From positions 27,998 through 91,997 of the forward strand of contig OY729416.1 in assembly GCA_963422265.1 (NCBI GenBank): a stretch of DNA of 64,000 nt, written 5' to 3'. This DNA comes from Thermodesulfobacteriota bacterium. GTDB lineage: Bacteria; Desulfobacterota_D; UBA1144; Nemesobacterales; UBA2774. The position numbers and the translations under genes are program-made. The notes beneath the pieces are model-generated. The model made no database searches. It saw only the letters and a list, made by a program, of their open reading frames with translations, and was not told where the DNA came from. Within the stretch, counting starts at the first letter, position 1. Every line of letters starts with the position of its first letter. Positions 20,272-31,318 of this stretch are shown in pieces.

Positions 20272-20703
20272 TCACTGCAACTTTCTATCTTCCACGTCCT
20301 CCGTAGCCTCGAATGGAATCGGAGAGGCTTGGTGTATGACCATAAGCCATCCCGACTCAGTGCGCTCAAATATGTTAGTTGATATAGAGACGTTCATCAT
20401 CATAGGCTCCCTTTTTATGTAAATAATCTCCTGAACGCAGGTTACCCATGCGGAGTCGCCTACTATATCAACTGTTAGATTATGGAGCCTTACGTCCAAC
20501 GTATCCTTTGGGTCAAATACATTTTCCCAGCTTTGCATAATAGCGTCCCAGCCCTCAAGCATAATCCATCCCGGGTGAGTGCATCCGGCTCTCTTATTCT
20601 GGACGAATACTGTTCGCATTAGCTCAATATCTCTACTGCCCAAGGCTTCGTAAAACCTGTTATTAACTTCTAAAATCTGTTTTTCATCTGAGTTCATAGT
20701 CAC
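20272..20703 (-). CDS. NTF2-like/SnoaL-like protein
   Basis: N.RFYEAL...D, C.HPGW..L.GW.AI..SW, TNIFER...GW.MV.H.ASP. Confidence 0.85.
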   Translation of the reverse strand: MTMNSDEKQILEVNNRFYEALGSRDIELMRTVFVQNKRAGCTHPGWIMLEGWDAIMQSWENVFDPKDTLDVRLHNLTVDIVGDSAWVTCVQEIIYIKREPMMMNVSISTNIFERTESGWLMVIHQASPIPFEATEDVEDRKLQ

Positions 20704-20798
20704 TTTAATTCTTCCTGTTGCTTATTGTCAAAATGGCGCAGACGGCAATAGCGGGTTTTAGAGCCAGTCGCCCAAAGTGCGACGGCTTATCATACTTC

Positions 20799-22445
20799 TC
20801 ACCTGAAAACTTCTATCACACGGTTAAGTGAACTCAATATATCGCCCTTGACGCGAGATACATCGTTATAGATAGCCAGAGCCATTATACAAATTAGAAT
20901 TGCGAATCCTATACGCTGACTCGTGTTGAGTATCCTTGCACTAAGGGGTTTTCGCCTAATCGCTTCTATTGTCAGATAGACGACGTGCCCGCCATCTAGC
21001 ATAGGTATGGGAAAAAGGTTTATTATTGCGAGATTGATGCTTATAAAGCAGGTAAACTGGAGAAGCATGGCAATTCCACTCTCAGCTGCCGAGCCCGACA
21101 CCTTTGCTATCAGTATCGGCCCAGCGAGGCTTTTACCTGCCGCGCCAAGCGCAATTTTTCCTGTAATCAGTTTATAGAGGAATCCGAATAAAAGAGTCGT
21201 CACTTCTATTATCATGCCGAGCGCCCCCTTTACCCCGTTCACGATAGACTCGAAAAAGCCGTATTTCTTAAGCGTTTCTTCTTTGTAAACCTGTATTCCT
21301 ATCGCTCCTTTGCCCCCTTCTCCGCGAGGCTCAGGGGTTATCTGCACGTCAAACGTTTCAATTCCCCGCCCAGAAGCCTGCCCCCCACTGGATTGGGGGT
21401 CGGTGATATGCTCTCTCTCTATTCCCATGATCAACTGATTGCTGGCGTTGCGTCTGATTACCGAAGACATGTGGCTCCAGTCGGAAATCGGCTCTCCGTC
21501 TATCGCCACTATTCTATCTCCTCTTTTAATTCCGGCTTTGTCCGCCGGCGTGTCGGTTATAACCCCTCCGACCCTGGCTTCAGTTGCCTCTCCGAATCCT
21601 GCGACTACAATTCCTTCAGGTGAAGCCGCCGCTTTGAGCTCCAGCCTTTGGGTTTCACCTTCTCTCTCTATTAACACGCTGACGATCGCGTCTATATTGG
21701 TCTGTAACTCCAAATTCACTTCTTTCCACGTAGAGACTTCCCTGCCGTCAATCTCAAGCACCTTGTCTCCCTTTAGAAAGCCAGCCTTATCGGCGGATGA
21801 CTTAGGGGTTATGTATCCGATTACCGGTGATTGCTCAAGATAAGCGGGCACTGCGATGCCTAACATGAAAACGATCGGCAGGAAAACAAATGGCAAGAGA
21901 AAGTTCATAAAAGGACCCGCCAATACTATCAAAAACCTTTTTATAATAGACTGATTAGAGAAACTTCTTGGATATTCTATTTCTGAGTAGTTTTGCGCTC
22001 CGTTGAGATTCAGAGGTAAGGTGCTTAGGGTGAACCGCTTGCCGTCTCTATCAATTGTGAATTTGCATTTACTTTCTGGCTCCTTGTCCAGAATGGCTTT
22101 TACATTACTCCACTTGTCAATGTGTTCTATCTCTACGTCTTCTATGTTGACAATTCTGTCGCCTGAGCGGAATCCAACCTTTTCTGCGTTTGATCCGGGT
22201 TCTACCGAATCTACGATAACTCCTCCCTCGCCCCCCTCGCCATACATTTTTACGTATCCCCCCAGCGGTAACATACAGATAATGTATTCCGTCTCGCCTC
22301 TGGTGATCCCCAGTAGCTTTTTCCCAAAGCCGAGTGAGAACTTTTCTACCCTCACACCACTCCATTTCGCTACTAGGAAGTGTCCTAACTCGTGTACAAA
22401 TACTAAAATTGCTATGACAAAAATAAATGCTATTATCGCGGTCAC
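20799..22445 (-). CDS. rseP: RIP metalloprotease RseP with three PDZ-like domains
   Basis: HELGH, GGYVKM, LAGP, NLFPIPMLDGG; adjacent to dxr. Confidence 0.95.
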   Translation of the reverse strand: MTAIIAFIFVIAILVFVHELGHFLVAKWSGVRVEKFSLGFGKKLLGITRGETEYIICMLPLGGYVKMYGEGGEGGVIVDSVEPGSNAEKVGFRSGDRIVNIEDVEIEHIDKWSNVKAILDKEPESKCKFTIDRDGKRFTLSTLPLNLNGAQNYSEIEYPRSFSNQSIIKRFLIVLAGPFMNFLLPFVFLPIVFMLGIAVPAYLEQSPVIGYITPKSSADKAGFLKGDKVLEIDGREVSTWKEVNLELQTNIDAIVSVLIEREGETQRLELKAAASPEGIVVAGFGEATEARVGGVITDTPADKAGIKRGDRIVAIDGEPISDWSHMSSVIRRNASNQLIMGIEREHITDPQSSGGQASGRGIETFDVQITPEPRGEGGKGAIGIQVYKEETLKKYGFFESIVNGVKGALGMIIEVTTLLFGFLYKLITGKIALGAAGKSLAGPILIAKVSGSAAESGIAMLLQFTCFISINLAIINLFPIPMLDGGHVVYLTIEAIRRKPLSARILNTSQRIGFAILICIMALAIYNDVSRVKGDILSSLNRVIEVFR

Positions 22446-22463
22446 TTAACTCCTCCTACAATA

Positions 22464-23666
22464 CTAACGATCTAAGAGTGACAATGTTTTTTTTCTCGCC
22501 CACTCGTCGCTTTCTAACACTTCTTCGAGCTCGGAGGCAGGTCCAGCTCTGTGTGAATTCATAACCTTTCTTACAATACGCGCAATATCAGTGAAACCGA
22601 TCCGTTCCGATAAGAACGCCTCTACCGCGACCTCGTTCGCCCCGTTTATTACGGACGGCACGTCGCCTCCTTGTTGTAAAGCGTCCAAGGCTATTGATAG
22701 GCAGGGGTATCTTTCATAATCCACCCCCATAAAGCTAAGCTCACCAAAGCCGTTAGGGCAAGCCCCAAAGCTAATATGAGCGTCTTCCTCCGCGTCAATT
22801 TTATGGCTTAGCGATATCCTATCAGGGTAGGAGAGCGCATAGGCAATCGGTATTTTCATATCGGGCTCGCTCATTTGCGAGATGACCGACCCATCTATGT
22901 ATTCTACCATAGAGTGCACTATGCTCTGAGGGTGAATCCATACCGATATGTTTTTGGGGGCAAATCCGAAAAGCCAACTTGCCTCGATTACCTCAAAGCC
23001 TTTATTCATTAACGTAGCTGAATCTATGGAGATTTTTCTCCCCATTTTCCACGTCGGATGATTTAAGGCGAGCGCAACCGATACCCTATCCAATTCTTTC
23101 TTAGGGGTGTTTAGAAACGGTCCCCCCGAAGCCGTTAGTATAAGTCTTTGGACGTCTTTTAACCCTTCTTTGAGTATGCGCGAGGACGGTGGCCGCCCAC
23201 GTGCGAGAACCTGAAAGACCGCGCTGTGCTCGCTATCAACCGGTAGCAGGGAGGCTTCGCTCTTTCTTGCCTCTCTTGTTATGATTTCCCCTGCTATAAC
23301 AAGAGACTCTTTATTCGCTAAAGCTACGTCTTTCCCTGCTTTTACGGCGGATAGTGTGGGCTTGAGACCCGCTGCGCCGACCATAGCCGACACGACCAAA
23401 TCCGCCTCGTCCAAAGCAGCTATCGTGCTCGCCCCCTTCTCTCCGTATAAAACCTCGATCCCTTTATGAGAGAGCTCTCTGGCTGATTCTCCGTTGGTGA
23501 CGGATACTACTTTGGGTCTAAACTTCGCGATCTGTTCTTCAAGTAGTCTAACGTTCTTGCCAGCGGCGAGTCCTACTACGCAAAAGCGCTCTGGGAATCG
23601 TGAGACAACTTCGAGCGTCTGTCTTCCTATTGAGCCCGTTGAGCCGAGTATGGAAATTCTCTTCAA
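22464..23666 (-). CDS. dxr: 1-deoxy-D-xylulose-5-phosphate reductoisomerase
   Basis: LGSTGSIG, LANKES, PVDSEH, TASGGPF, W.MG.KISIDSATLMNKG. Confidence 0.97.
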   Translation of the reverse strand: MKRISILGSTGSIGRQTLEVVSRFPERFCVVGLAAGKNVRLLEEQIAKFRPKVVSVTNGESARELSHKGIEVLYGEKGASTIAALDEADLVVSAMVGAAGLKPTLSAVKAGKDVALANKESLVIAGEIITREARKSEASLLPVDSEHSAVFQVLARGRPPSSRILKEGLKDVQRLILTASGGPFLNTPKKELDRVSVALALNHPTWKMGRKISIDSATLMNKGFEVIEASWLFGFAPKNISVWIHPQSIVHSMVEYIDGSVISQMSEPDMKIPIAYALSYPDRISLSHKIDAEEDAHISFGACPNGFGELSFMGVDYERYPCLSIALDALQQGGDVPSVINGANEVAVEAFLSERIGFTDIARIVRKVMNSHRAGPASELEEVLESDEWARKKTLSLLDR

Positions 23667-24427
23667 AATTTTATCCGAACTTTTCTCGCCTGCTCGCCTA
23701 TGAGTCCGAATCTCCTCTCTCGCCTCTGATAGTTGAGTATGGCTTTAACAAGGTGTCTTTTTCTAAAGTCAGGCCAGAGAGTCCTAGTTACGTATATCTC
23801 TGCATAGGCGATCTGCCATAGCAGAAAGTTAGAGAGCCTCATTTCGCCGCTAGTTCGTATCAGCAGGTCTAGCTCCGGCAGATCGTGTGCATATAGAAAG
23901 CGGGAAAAGGTAGCCTGATCAATGTCTTCGATATTTATCTTATCATCAGTGGCTATTTGCTTAGCCGCGTCTATTATTTCTTCCCTCCCGCCATAGCTAA
24001 GCGCCAGGGTTAGGTTCATGAGCTGGCAATGCCCCGTCTCTTTTATAGTATCGGTAAGTGCTTTATGCACGTCCGGGGGGAGCTCGTGCGTCCTCCCTAT
24101 CGCATTTAGCCTTATATCGTTTTTTATAAGCGAGTCGCGTTCATTCAGCAGGTATTGTTTTAACATCTCCATTAGGAATCTGACTTCGTCTGCGGGTCTC
24201 TTCCAGTTTTGGACCGAAAACACATACAGGGTTAGGTTCCTAACGCCAAGTTCCTCACAAGCCCGCGCTACCGCCCGCGCCGATTTTATCCCCTCTTCGT
24301 ATCCCCTTATGCGTTCCACGTTTTTCTTCTCCGCCCACCTGCCGTTTCCATCCATTATGATCGCTATATGATTGGGTAGCCTATCTTTATCTATTAGAGA
24401 TTCAAGCTTTGTTTTCATGTTTTTCAT
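23663..24427 (-). CDS. uppS: Undecaprenyl diphosphate synthase
   Basis: HIAIIMDGNGRWA, YGGREEI, RTSGEMRLSNFLLWQ, RERRFG. Confidence 0.97.
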   Translation of the reverse strand: MKNMKTKLESLIDKDRLPNHIAIIMDGNGRWAEKKNVERIRGYEEGIKSARAVARACEELGVRNLTLYVFSVQNWKRPADEVRFLMEMLKQYLLNERDSLIKNDIRLNAIGRTHELPPDVHKALTDTIKETGHCQLMNLTLALSYGGREEIIDAAKQIATDDKINIEDIDQATFSRFLYAHDLPELDLLIRTSGEMRLSNFLLWQIAYAEIYVTRTLWPDFRKRHLVKAILNYQRRERRFGLIGEQARKVRIKF

Positions 24428-24446
24428 CTGTCAGCGGGCGCTATAA

Positions 24447-24671
24447 TCACTTTTCATATATTGGCTTTACGGTATAAGATAAAGGCGTGGTGATGAAGAT
24501 GATAATAGCAAGCACGGTCATTATAACTAAGAAGGTGGCGCAATAGACTAAAATTGAAGCTGGTATAAAAGCCAGTCTATAGAGAAAAAACCAGTCTTTC
24601 GACGTTTGCATTACGATAGATCCGTAGCTTTCAACAAACCTGCTTAGTACAGTGAAAATCATATTGAACAT
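24447..24671 (-). CDS. Small hydrophobic hypothetical membrane protein
   Basis: ATG with purine-rich RBS, co-oriented upstream of uppS, long hydrophobic stretch. Confidence 0.5.
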   Translation of the reverse strand: MFNMIFTVLSRFVESYGSIVMQTSKDWFFLYRLAFIPASILVYCATFLVIMTVLAIIIFITTPLSYTVKPIYEK

Positions 24672-24959
24672 TGAGCCACCCCCTTTAACATACTAACATT
24701 TAACATATACAATTGTTTAAGTAGGGGCAAGAGATGGGGCTTATACGTCTATTTCGTAATTGTTCAAGCCACGCCGCCCCAGCACCGATTGCGTAAAGCG
24801 AGACGGGGTGAAGGCTCAGATTGCACGGGGTGAAGGATCAGATTGCATTGTATAAAGGAAGTAAAGAGGGTTGGATAATGGCAAGCTATAGAATTGGCTT
24901 GGTGATATGGAAATGAGGAAGTAGCTTATTCTTTAACTAAATAACATTAAAGAGAGGAT

Positions 24960-26780
24960 ATGAAAATGGCTAATGCTGTGGGGAACGCGGACGTCGGATT
25001 AGACGGGACAAGTTGGGATCTTAGCGATCTTTATTCAAGCCTTCAAGATCACAAAATAGAAGAGGATATTGACCATCTATTTAGGAAGGCAGAGAGCTTT
25101 GAGAAAAAATACAGGGGTAAGATAAATTCGCCGTCCCTAACCCCTAACACCCTCCTTAAAGCCGTCACGGAGCTTGAATCAATAAGCGAGCGGATCGGCA
25201 AATTGCTGTCTTACGCCTACCTAGTCTTCGCAGCCGATACGAGCAAGCCTGAGCACGGGGGGTTTCTCCAAAAAGTTCAGGAGAAAACGACTGAGGTGAG
25301 AAAGCTCCTTATATTCTTTGAGCTTGAGTGGATAGCCTTAAACAGTGACAAGGTTAACAAGCTTCTTAGGGACGAGGTGCTATCGCATTACGCCCATTTC
25401 CTAGAGAAACAGAGAAAGTATAAGCCCCACAGGTTGAGTGAGCTAGAGGAGAAGGTATGCGACGAAAAGGACAACACGGGAGCGAGGGCTTTTAAGAGGC
25501 TATTCGATGAAGCGCTAAGCAATATACGCTTTAAGGTGAGGCTACACGGCAAGATTGCTTCGCTTTCTGAAACTGAAACCCTCGCGCTTTTATACGATCC
25601 CGATCGGCGGAAAAGAAAAGCCGCGGCAAGGGGTCTTACCAAGGGGCTCAAAGAAAACGCGCACGTGCTCACATTTATTTTTAACACCCTGGTTCACGAC
25701 CATTCCATAAGCGACCGACTGCGATCATTCGCTTATCCAATGGCTTCGCGCCATCTGGATAACGAGATAGATAAACAGACCGTCGAGTCGCTTATGAAGT
25801 CCTGTGAGAGAAACTACGATATGGTGGATTCATATTATAAGCTCAAGAAAAATCTGCTCGGCATAAGAAATTTTTATGACTATGATCGTTACGCCCCAAT
25901 CCTCTCGGACTCTAACAAAATCCCGTATAACGAGAGTAGGAGAATCATACTCACCTCATTTAACAAGTTTTCTCCAAAGATGTCCACAATCGCCGAAAGG
26001 TTTTTCGAAAAGCGCTGGATTGATTCCGAGCGAAGGGATGGGAAACGGGGCGGGGCGTTCAGCCACGGGACGGTGCCGAGCGCACATCCCTACGTGCTTA
26101 CAAACTACACTGGCAGAATGAGGGACGTAATGACGCTAGCTCACGAGTTGGGACACGGCGTTCATCAATACCTCTCAGGGGAGCAGGGCTATTTTCAGTC
26201 CGATACACCGCTTACGACCGCGGAGACTGCGAGCGTGTTTGCCGAGATGCTGGTATTTCACGCTTTAATGGAGGGTGAAACGAGCCCGCAAGCTAGGCTT
26301 TCCATTATATGCGGCAAACTCGAAGATATATTTGCCACAGTTTTCCGTCAGGTTGTGCTCACACGGTTTGAAGAACGTATGCACGAGGCCAGAAGGAGCA
26401 AGGGAGAGCTTGCTATCGAGGCGATAAACGAAATATGGATAGAGGCTAATAAGCCTATGTTTGGAGATTCCGTTCAAATGACGGAAGATTACTCTTACTG
26501 GTGGATGTATATACCGCATTTTATTCATTCGCCGTTTTACTGCTACGCTTATTCCTTTGGAGAGCTTTTGGCTTTGGCTCTTTACGGTAGATACGTAAGC
26601 GAGGGCGACGCGTTCGTTCCGCGTTACATACAGCTTCTTTCCTCGGGCGGGAGTAGGTCACCAGATGAGCTGCTTAGACTCGTTGAGGTGAATATAAAAG
26701 ATCCTAACTTTTGGCAGGGTGGGCTTAACCTGCTGGGTGAGATGGTGGCAGAAGCTATAGAATTAGCAGCGACTGTCTAA
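24960..26780 (+). CDS. pepF: M3-family oligoendopeptidase (PepF-like)
   Basis: WDLSDLY, GKRGGAF, TLAHELGHGVH, AETAS, IPHF..PFYCYAY. Confidence 0.92.
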   Translation: MKMANAVGNADVGLDGTSWDLSDLYSSLQDHKIEEDIDHLFRKAESFEKKYRGKINSPSLTPNTLLKAVTELESISERIGKLLSYAYLVFAADTSKPEHGGFLQKVQEKTTEVRKLLIFFELEWIALNSDKVNKLLRDEVLSHYAHFLEKQRKYKPHRLSELEEKVCDEKDNTGARAFKRLFDEALSNIRFKVRLHGKIASLSETETLALLYDPDRRKRKAAARGLTKGLKENAHVLTFIFNTLVHDHSISDRLRSFAYPMASRHLDNEIDKQTVESLMKSCERNYDMVDSYYKLKKNLLGIRNFYDYDRYAPILSDSNKIPYNESRRIILTSFNKFSPKMSTIAERFFEKRWIDSERRDGKRGGAFSHGTVPSAHPYVLTNYTGRMRDVMTLAHELGHGVHQYLSGEQGYFQSDTPLTTAETASVFAEMLVFHALMEGETSPQARLSIICGKLEDIFATVFRQVVLTRFEERMHEARRSKGELAIEAINEIWIEANKPMFGDSVQMTEDYSYWWMYIPHFIHSPFYCYAYSFGELLALALYGRYVSEGDAFVPRYIQLLSSGGSRSPDELLRLVEVNIKDPNFWQGGLNLLGEMVAEAIELAATV

Positions 26781-27005
26781 AGTTGCGCAGGCGCCTTCCC
26801 CTGCTTTGAGGCTTAAAGGGGCGGGGATTGTCTTGCTATGAGGTTGACTATATATTTATTTCTCCTCATCAGTTGGCGCCAGAGGTCGTAGAGGGCGCTA
26901 AAATCTTTATCTTTTGTCCGCACAACGTCTGTCTGTAAATGGGATTCAGAGAGAATAAACAAGTAGCAGCGAGGTAGTAAAGAGAAGGGGGTAACAAGAA
27001 GAGTA

Positions 27006-27197
27006 ATGGGACTGATTGACAACGTTAGAAAGAAACGGGATTCGTGGATAAGCAGGTTTGAAGAGCATCGTCAGGATGAGGAATATGATGCGCATAATCT
27101 GGATACCGCTGGGGAAGAAGAACGGATTTTAGGAAACAGAAGAAAGGTCGGCGTGTTTCCGAAAGTTCAACAAGGTAAAGATGTCAAGAAAAAGTAG
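27006..27197 (+). CDS. Possible small hypothetical protein
   Basis: ATG ORF with purine-rich upstream sequence; no recognisable motif. Confidence 0.3.
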   Translation: MGLIDNVRKKRDSWISRFEEHRQDEEYDAHNLDTAGEEERILGNRRKVGVFPKVQQGKDVKKK

Positions 27198-27385
27198 CTG
27201 GTAGTGGTTTTATTAGACTTGACAAGCTGCGGATTATGTTTCATCTTGCTCTTGGCACGCTCGCTTTGCGTGCACTAGGTTGAACGGCGTTATTATAGGC
27301 ATTAGAATAATAATTTAGGATAATAGCGGTAGCGTTAAAATAATAACGGTATTAAACATTATTAAAACAAAAGGAGGTTTTGTTA

Positions 27386-27577
27386 ATGCCCGGAATTGTT
27401 GTAGGAAACAACGAGAGCATAGATAGCGCGCTTAAAAGATTTAAGAAACAGGTTGAGAAAGGGGGAGTAATTGCCGAGATTAGAAAGAGAGAGTTTTACG
27501 AAAAACCGAGTGAAAAGAAGAAGAAAAAGCTCTTTGCCGCGAAAAAGCGCGTTGTGAGACACGGCGGTAGAAGTTGA
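27386..27577 (+). CDS. rpsU: 30S ribosomal protein S21
   Basis: [27 protein letters not shown]; AAGGAGG RBS; upstream of dnaG. Confidence 0.96.
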   Translation: MPGIVVGNNESIDSALKRFKKQVEKGGVIAEIRKREFYEKPSEKKKKKLFAAKKRVVRHGGRS

Positions 27578-27604
27578 CAATTATGAATTAAGTAAAAATG
27601 ATAG

Positions 27605-29422
27605 ATGGACAGGTTTAACAATGAGGATGTTGTTAAAGAAGTAAAAAGGAGGTTGAGTATTATAGACCTCGTACAAAGCTATACATCTATCCAAAAAAAG
27701 GGAAAGAGCTACTTAGGGATTTGTCCATTCCATGATGATAGCAACCCTTCTATGAATGTCGATGAGGAAAAGGGTTTGTTTCACTGTTTTAGCTGTGGGG
27801 CTGGTGGTGACCTCATAGGTTTTTACATGAGATATAACCACCTTTCCTTTCCCGAAGCGTTATCCGAGCTTGCTAAGAAAGCCAATGTCGAAATAAAAAC
27901 GCGCCGTTCCCCAATCCGCAATTTTAAGTCAGTAATATCTCAAAACAGTAGATTATATAAGGTTAATTCTATAGCTTCCAAATTTTACCAAGACGTCCTG
28001 TTGAATAGTCCAGAAGCTAAGCTGGCAAGAGGCTACCTTGAAAAAAGAAATATACGGTCTGAGATTATAAAGGAGTTTGCCCTGGGTTATGCCCCCAAGG
28101 GTTGGGACGGGCTGGCTAACCTTTTTGTCAAGCGCAAGGTTCCATTGGACGTTGCTGAGAGAACAGGTCTGATTGTTAAAAGGAATAATGCCGAGGGGTA
28201 TTATGACAGGTTTAGAAATAGGATAATGTTTCCGATTATGGACGTTGATCAAAGGGTGATAGGTTTTGGAGGAAGAGTTTTAGACCAAGGGGCTGACGGG
28301 AACGTGTCTAAGTATATTAATTCTCCTGAATCTGAGATTTACCATAAGAGAAGCAATTTTTATGGGCTTAATAAATCTAAAGACTATATTAGAAAGCAGA
28401 GAGAAGCCATAGTCGTTGAGGGATATACTGACTTTCTGTCCCTTTATTCCCGAGGTATTAAACACGTAGTAGCTACGTTGGGGACCGCCCTTACGGGCGA
28501 GCACGTTTCTATTCTAAAGCGCTACGCCGACAAGGTTATCTTGGTATTCGATGGAGATAGCTCCGGAACCAAGGCCGCCGTTAGATCTCTTGAACTTTTT
28601 TTGGAGCGCGAGGTTACGCCTTACATCGCGCTCATTCCCGATGGTGGAGACCCGGATTCATTCATTTCATCTCAGGGAGAAGAGGAGTTCCAGCATCTAA
28701 TACGAAATTCAACGAACCTAATTAATTTCGTCGTGGATGCGACTGCAAGGAAGTTTGCGAGTGGCGGCATTACTTTACGTCAAAGCGTAATGGAGGTTAC
28801 GGCTTTGTTGGCTAAGCTTAAAAACCCGGTGGAAAGAAGCGCTTCCGTCAAAAGGATAGCCGAGAGACTTGGCGTTAGGGAAAGTGGGATTTTGTCTATG
28901 GTCAAGGCGGATAGAAGTCGCGGTAGCATATACGGGGGAGCGCGGGCGGGCGGCGAAACCGGTAAAAGGGCTTCCGCAGCTAACGATAGAGAGATGCTTG
29001 TCTTAAAGCTACTGCTTCATTTTCCTCACCTTTCGGCTTTAGTCAATAAAGAGGATTGGCGTGATTTTATCTCGAGCCGTGAGATAAAATCAATATTAGA
29101 AGAATTTATTGAAAACGGTTTGAGCGACGCGTCATCTCTTCTCGCTAGGTTTAATAACAGCTCGTCCCAAGAGATTATTTCCGAAGCGTTGATGTCTCCC
29201 TCACTCGGCGTGTTTGATAAAGAGACAGCGTATAAAATGTTGCTCGGATGTATTAATAAGTTAAAGTCGAGCAGGACTCAAGAGAAGCTCAAAGTCCTAC
29301 GATTGGAAATGCAGGAGGCGGTCAAGAACAAAGACTTTTCTTCTCAAAAACGTCTTTTAATAGAGTATAGCAATATGATTAAGCTAAATAATAGGGGCTA
29401 TGGAGAACCTGATGGGCAATAG
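27605..29422 (+). CDS. dnaG: DNA primase
   Basis: CPFH..CFSC zinc finger, [30 protein letters not shown]. Confidence 0.97.
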   Translation: MDRFNNEDVVKEVKRRLSIIDLVQSYTSIQKKGKSYLGICPFHDDSNPSMNVDEEKGLFHCFSCGAGGDLIGFYMRYNHLSFPEALSELAKKANVEIKTRRSPIRNFKSVISQNSRLYKVNSIASKFYQDVLLNSPEAKLARGYLEKRNIRSEIIKEFALGYAPKGWDGLANLFVKRKVPLDVAERTGLIVKRNNAEGYYDRFRNRIMFPIMDVDQRVIGFGGRVLDQGADGNVSKYINSPESEIYHKRSNFYGLNKSKDYIRKQREAIVVEGYTDFLSLYSRGIKHVVATLGTALTGEHVSILKRYADKVILVFDGDSSGTKAAVRSLELFLEREVTPYIALIPDGGDPDSFISSQGEEEFQHLIRNSTNLINFVVDATARKFASGGITLRQSVMEVTALLAKLKNPVERSASVKRIAERLGVRESGILSMVKADRSRGSIYGGARAGGETGKRASAANDREMLVLKLLLHFPHLSALVNKEDWRDFISSREIKSILEEFIENGLSDASSLLARFNNSSSQEIISEALMSPSLGVFDKETAYKMLLGCINKLKSSRTQEKLKVLRLEMQEAVKNKDFSSQKRLLIEYSNMIKLNNRGYGEPDGQ

Positions 29423-31001
29423 CAAGAAAGACCGATTAGGAATGGAGGCAGTCAGAGGGACGAGGCTTTACGATTCTACTGGTCAAGGTTATTCAGAGGG
29501 ATGTGAGATAGGAGAGAAAGGCTTATGTTCGCGGGACGTCAATAAGCGCTTGGGCGATGAAAACGGCGACGAGAATGGCGGCGGCGTAGGCAGACTGAGA
29601 TTTAATGACGTTGGCGAGAACGTGGATGAACATGACTTAATACGCTCCTACCTACATGAAATAGCCGAACATTCCCTTCTTACCAGGGAGCAGGAAATAA
29701 GAATTGCAAGGGAAATAGAGGTGGGCAGGAAAATAGTTGCAAGGGGTGTGCTGGGTTCTTCCGTAATCCTAAAAGAGATTCTTGCCTTGAGTGAAGAGCT
29801 TCACAAAGGGAGTCTTAACGTTGAGGATACGAGTGATTCTTCTAGGGAGACTGGGATGCCCACTTGCGCCGTGCAGGTGGAGGACGAAGAGGAACGTCTG
29901 AGAATAAGGAACTGCGTAAACGCTATAAATGAGCTTCGTATGGACAACGATCAAGCCTGCTTGCAATTGATTAAGGCTTCGTGGAGAAAGAGGAAAATCC
30001 TTTCTGAAAGGATCAGAAACAATGATTCCGCGATGTTTATGTGCCTTAGGGCAATTAATTTAAACGCTAGGCAAATGGAGAGGGTTCTGTCAGCCGCTGG
30101 AAGCTATGTGAACGGAGTGCAAGTGGGTTTATATCACTTGCCGGAATACGAAAAGAAAGCAAGCGACTCTAGCCATAAAGAGAAAAGGGCGGCGCGGTTC
30201 ACTGACTTAACTATGCGAAACCTCAAGAAATCGCTTAGAAAGATAGAAAAGGGCAAGCGATTATTTGATAGGGCGAGTAAGAAGCTAATAGAATCCAACC
30301 TCCGCCTGGTTGTTAGTATCGCGCGCAACTATCTTAACCGAGGTCTCCCTTTTCTCGACCTGATACAAGAGGGCAACATGGGTCTTATGAGGGCAGTCGA
30401 GAAATTCGACTACAAGAGGGGTTATAAATTTTCTACTTATGCTACCTGGTGGATAAAACAGGGGATTACAAGACCTCTTGCAGATCGGGCGAGAATAATA
30501 AGAGTGCCAGCCCACATGAACGATATTCTTAACCGTATAGCGAAGGCGACAAGGCAACTAGTGCAGGAGTTGGGGCGTGAGCCGCTTCCCGAAGAGATAG
30601 CCGAGAAAACGCACATGCCGGTTGACAAGATCACTGACGCACTCAAAGTCTCAAAGGATCCGGTCTCACTAGACGCTCCGATTGGAGATAAGGATGATAG
30701 CATCCTGATTGATTTGATAGAAGATTCAAGCACCGCTTCGCCTGCTGAAACTTTGGAGATGAAAGAGCTCAGACAAATAATAAGCAATGTCCTTTCTTCG
30801 ACTCTTAACAACAGAGAGGAAAGCATTGTCCGGATGAGATTTGGTATTGATGACAAGAAGGAATACACCCTTGAGGAAGTCGGGCACCAGTTTAACGTAA
30901 CTAGGGAAAGGATTAGACAGATTGAAATTAAAGCGATGAAAAAATTAAAGCGAGCTGGGAAGAAGACCTATCCGATTAAAATCTACGCGGAAGAGGCGTA
31001 G
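29400..31001 (+). CDS. rpoD: RNA polymerase sigma-70 factor, RpoD-like
   Basis: Regions 1.2 (YLHEI..LLTREQE), 2 ([35 protein letters not shown]) and 4 ([17 protein letters not shown]); rpsU-dnaG-rpoD order. Confidence 0.9.
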   Translation: MENLMGNSKKDRLGMEAVRGTRLYDSTGQGYSEGCEIGEKGLCSRDVNKRLGDENGDENGGGVGRLRFNDVGENVDEHDLIRSYLHEIAEHSLLTREQEIRIAREIEVGRKIVARGVLGSSVILKEILALSEELHKGSLNVEDTSDSSRETGMPTCAVQVEDEEERLRIRNCVNAINELRMDNDQACLQLIKASWRKRKILSERIRNNDSAMFMCLRAINLNARQMERVLSAAGSYVNGVQVGLYHLPEYEKKASDSSHKEKRAARFTDLTMRNLKKSLRKIEKGKRLFDRASKKLIESNLRLVVSIARNYLNRGLPFLDLIQEGNMGLMRAVEKFDYKRGYKFSTYATWWIKQGITRPLADRARIIRVPAHMNDILNRIAKATRQLVQELGREPLPEEIAEKTHMPVDKITDALKVSKDPVSLDAPIGDKDDSILIDLIEDSSTASPAETLEMKELRQIISNVLSSTLNNREESIVRMRFGIDDKKEYTLEEVGHQFNVTRERIRQIEIKAMKKLKRAGKKTYPIKIYAEEA

Positions 31002-31020
31002 GGAAGCGATGCCCAAATAT

Positions 31021-31318
31021 TTATAGTGATTTGATATTCATTTGTAGGTCTTTTAAGGTTTCAAAAACCATTATTCCATGACTAGTCTTGTCGCTTTCAA
31101 AAAGTGAATATCCTGTTTTGCTATTCGTTTTCAAGACAATTTTCTTCTTATAATTGTTTCTTTGGCAGGCGTTATAAAGTTTCATTTTTGTTTCCCCTTA
31201 AAAATCCATCTATTCCTTTGTTTCTTTGCACGGGAACGGCATTTAATTCGCTTAAAATTTCTAGGACGTCGTTGGATTGGTTTCTATATGAGTCTTTACT
31301 ATTGGCAATTCGTTCTAT
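31021..31318 (-). pseudogene. C-terminal remnant of a DNA methyltransferase of the type paired with ApaLI-like endonucleases
   Basis: Hand translation IERIANSKDSY..LNAVPVQRNKGIDGFL..NETL*, then a frameshifted tail; family assignment is from recalled motif similarity. Confidence 0.55.

Noticed and set aside
22464-24427. Missing cdsA between uppS and dxr
   Set aside because: Ordinary gene-order variation; cdsA is probably elsewhere
27252-27275. Sigma-54 promoter (TGGCACG) upstream of rpsU
   Set aside because: GG to GC spacing does not fit -24/-12
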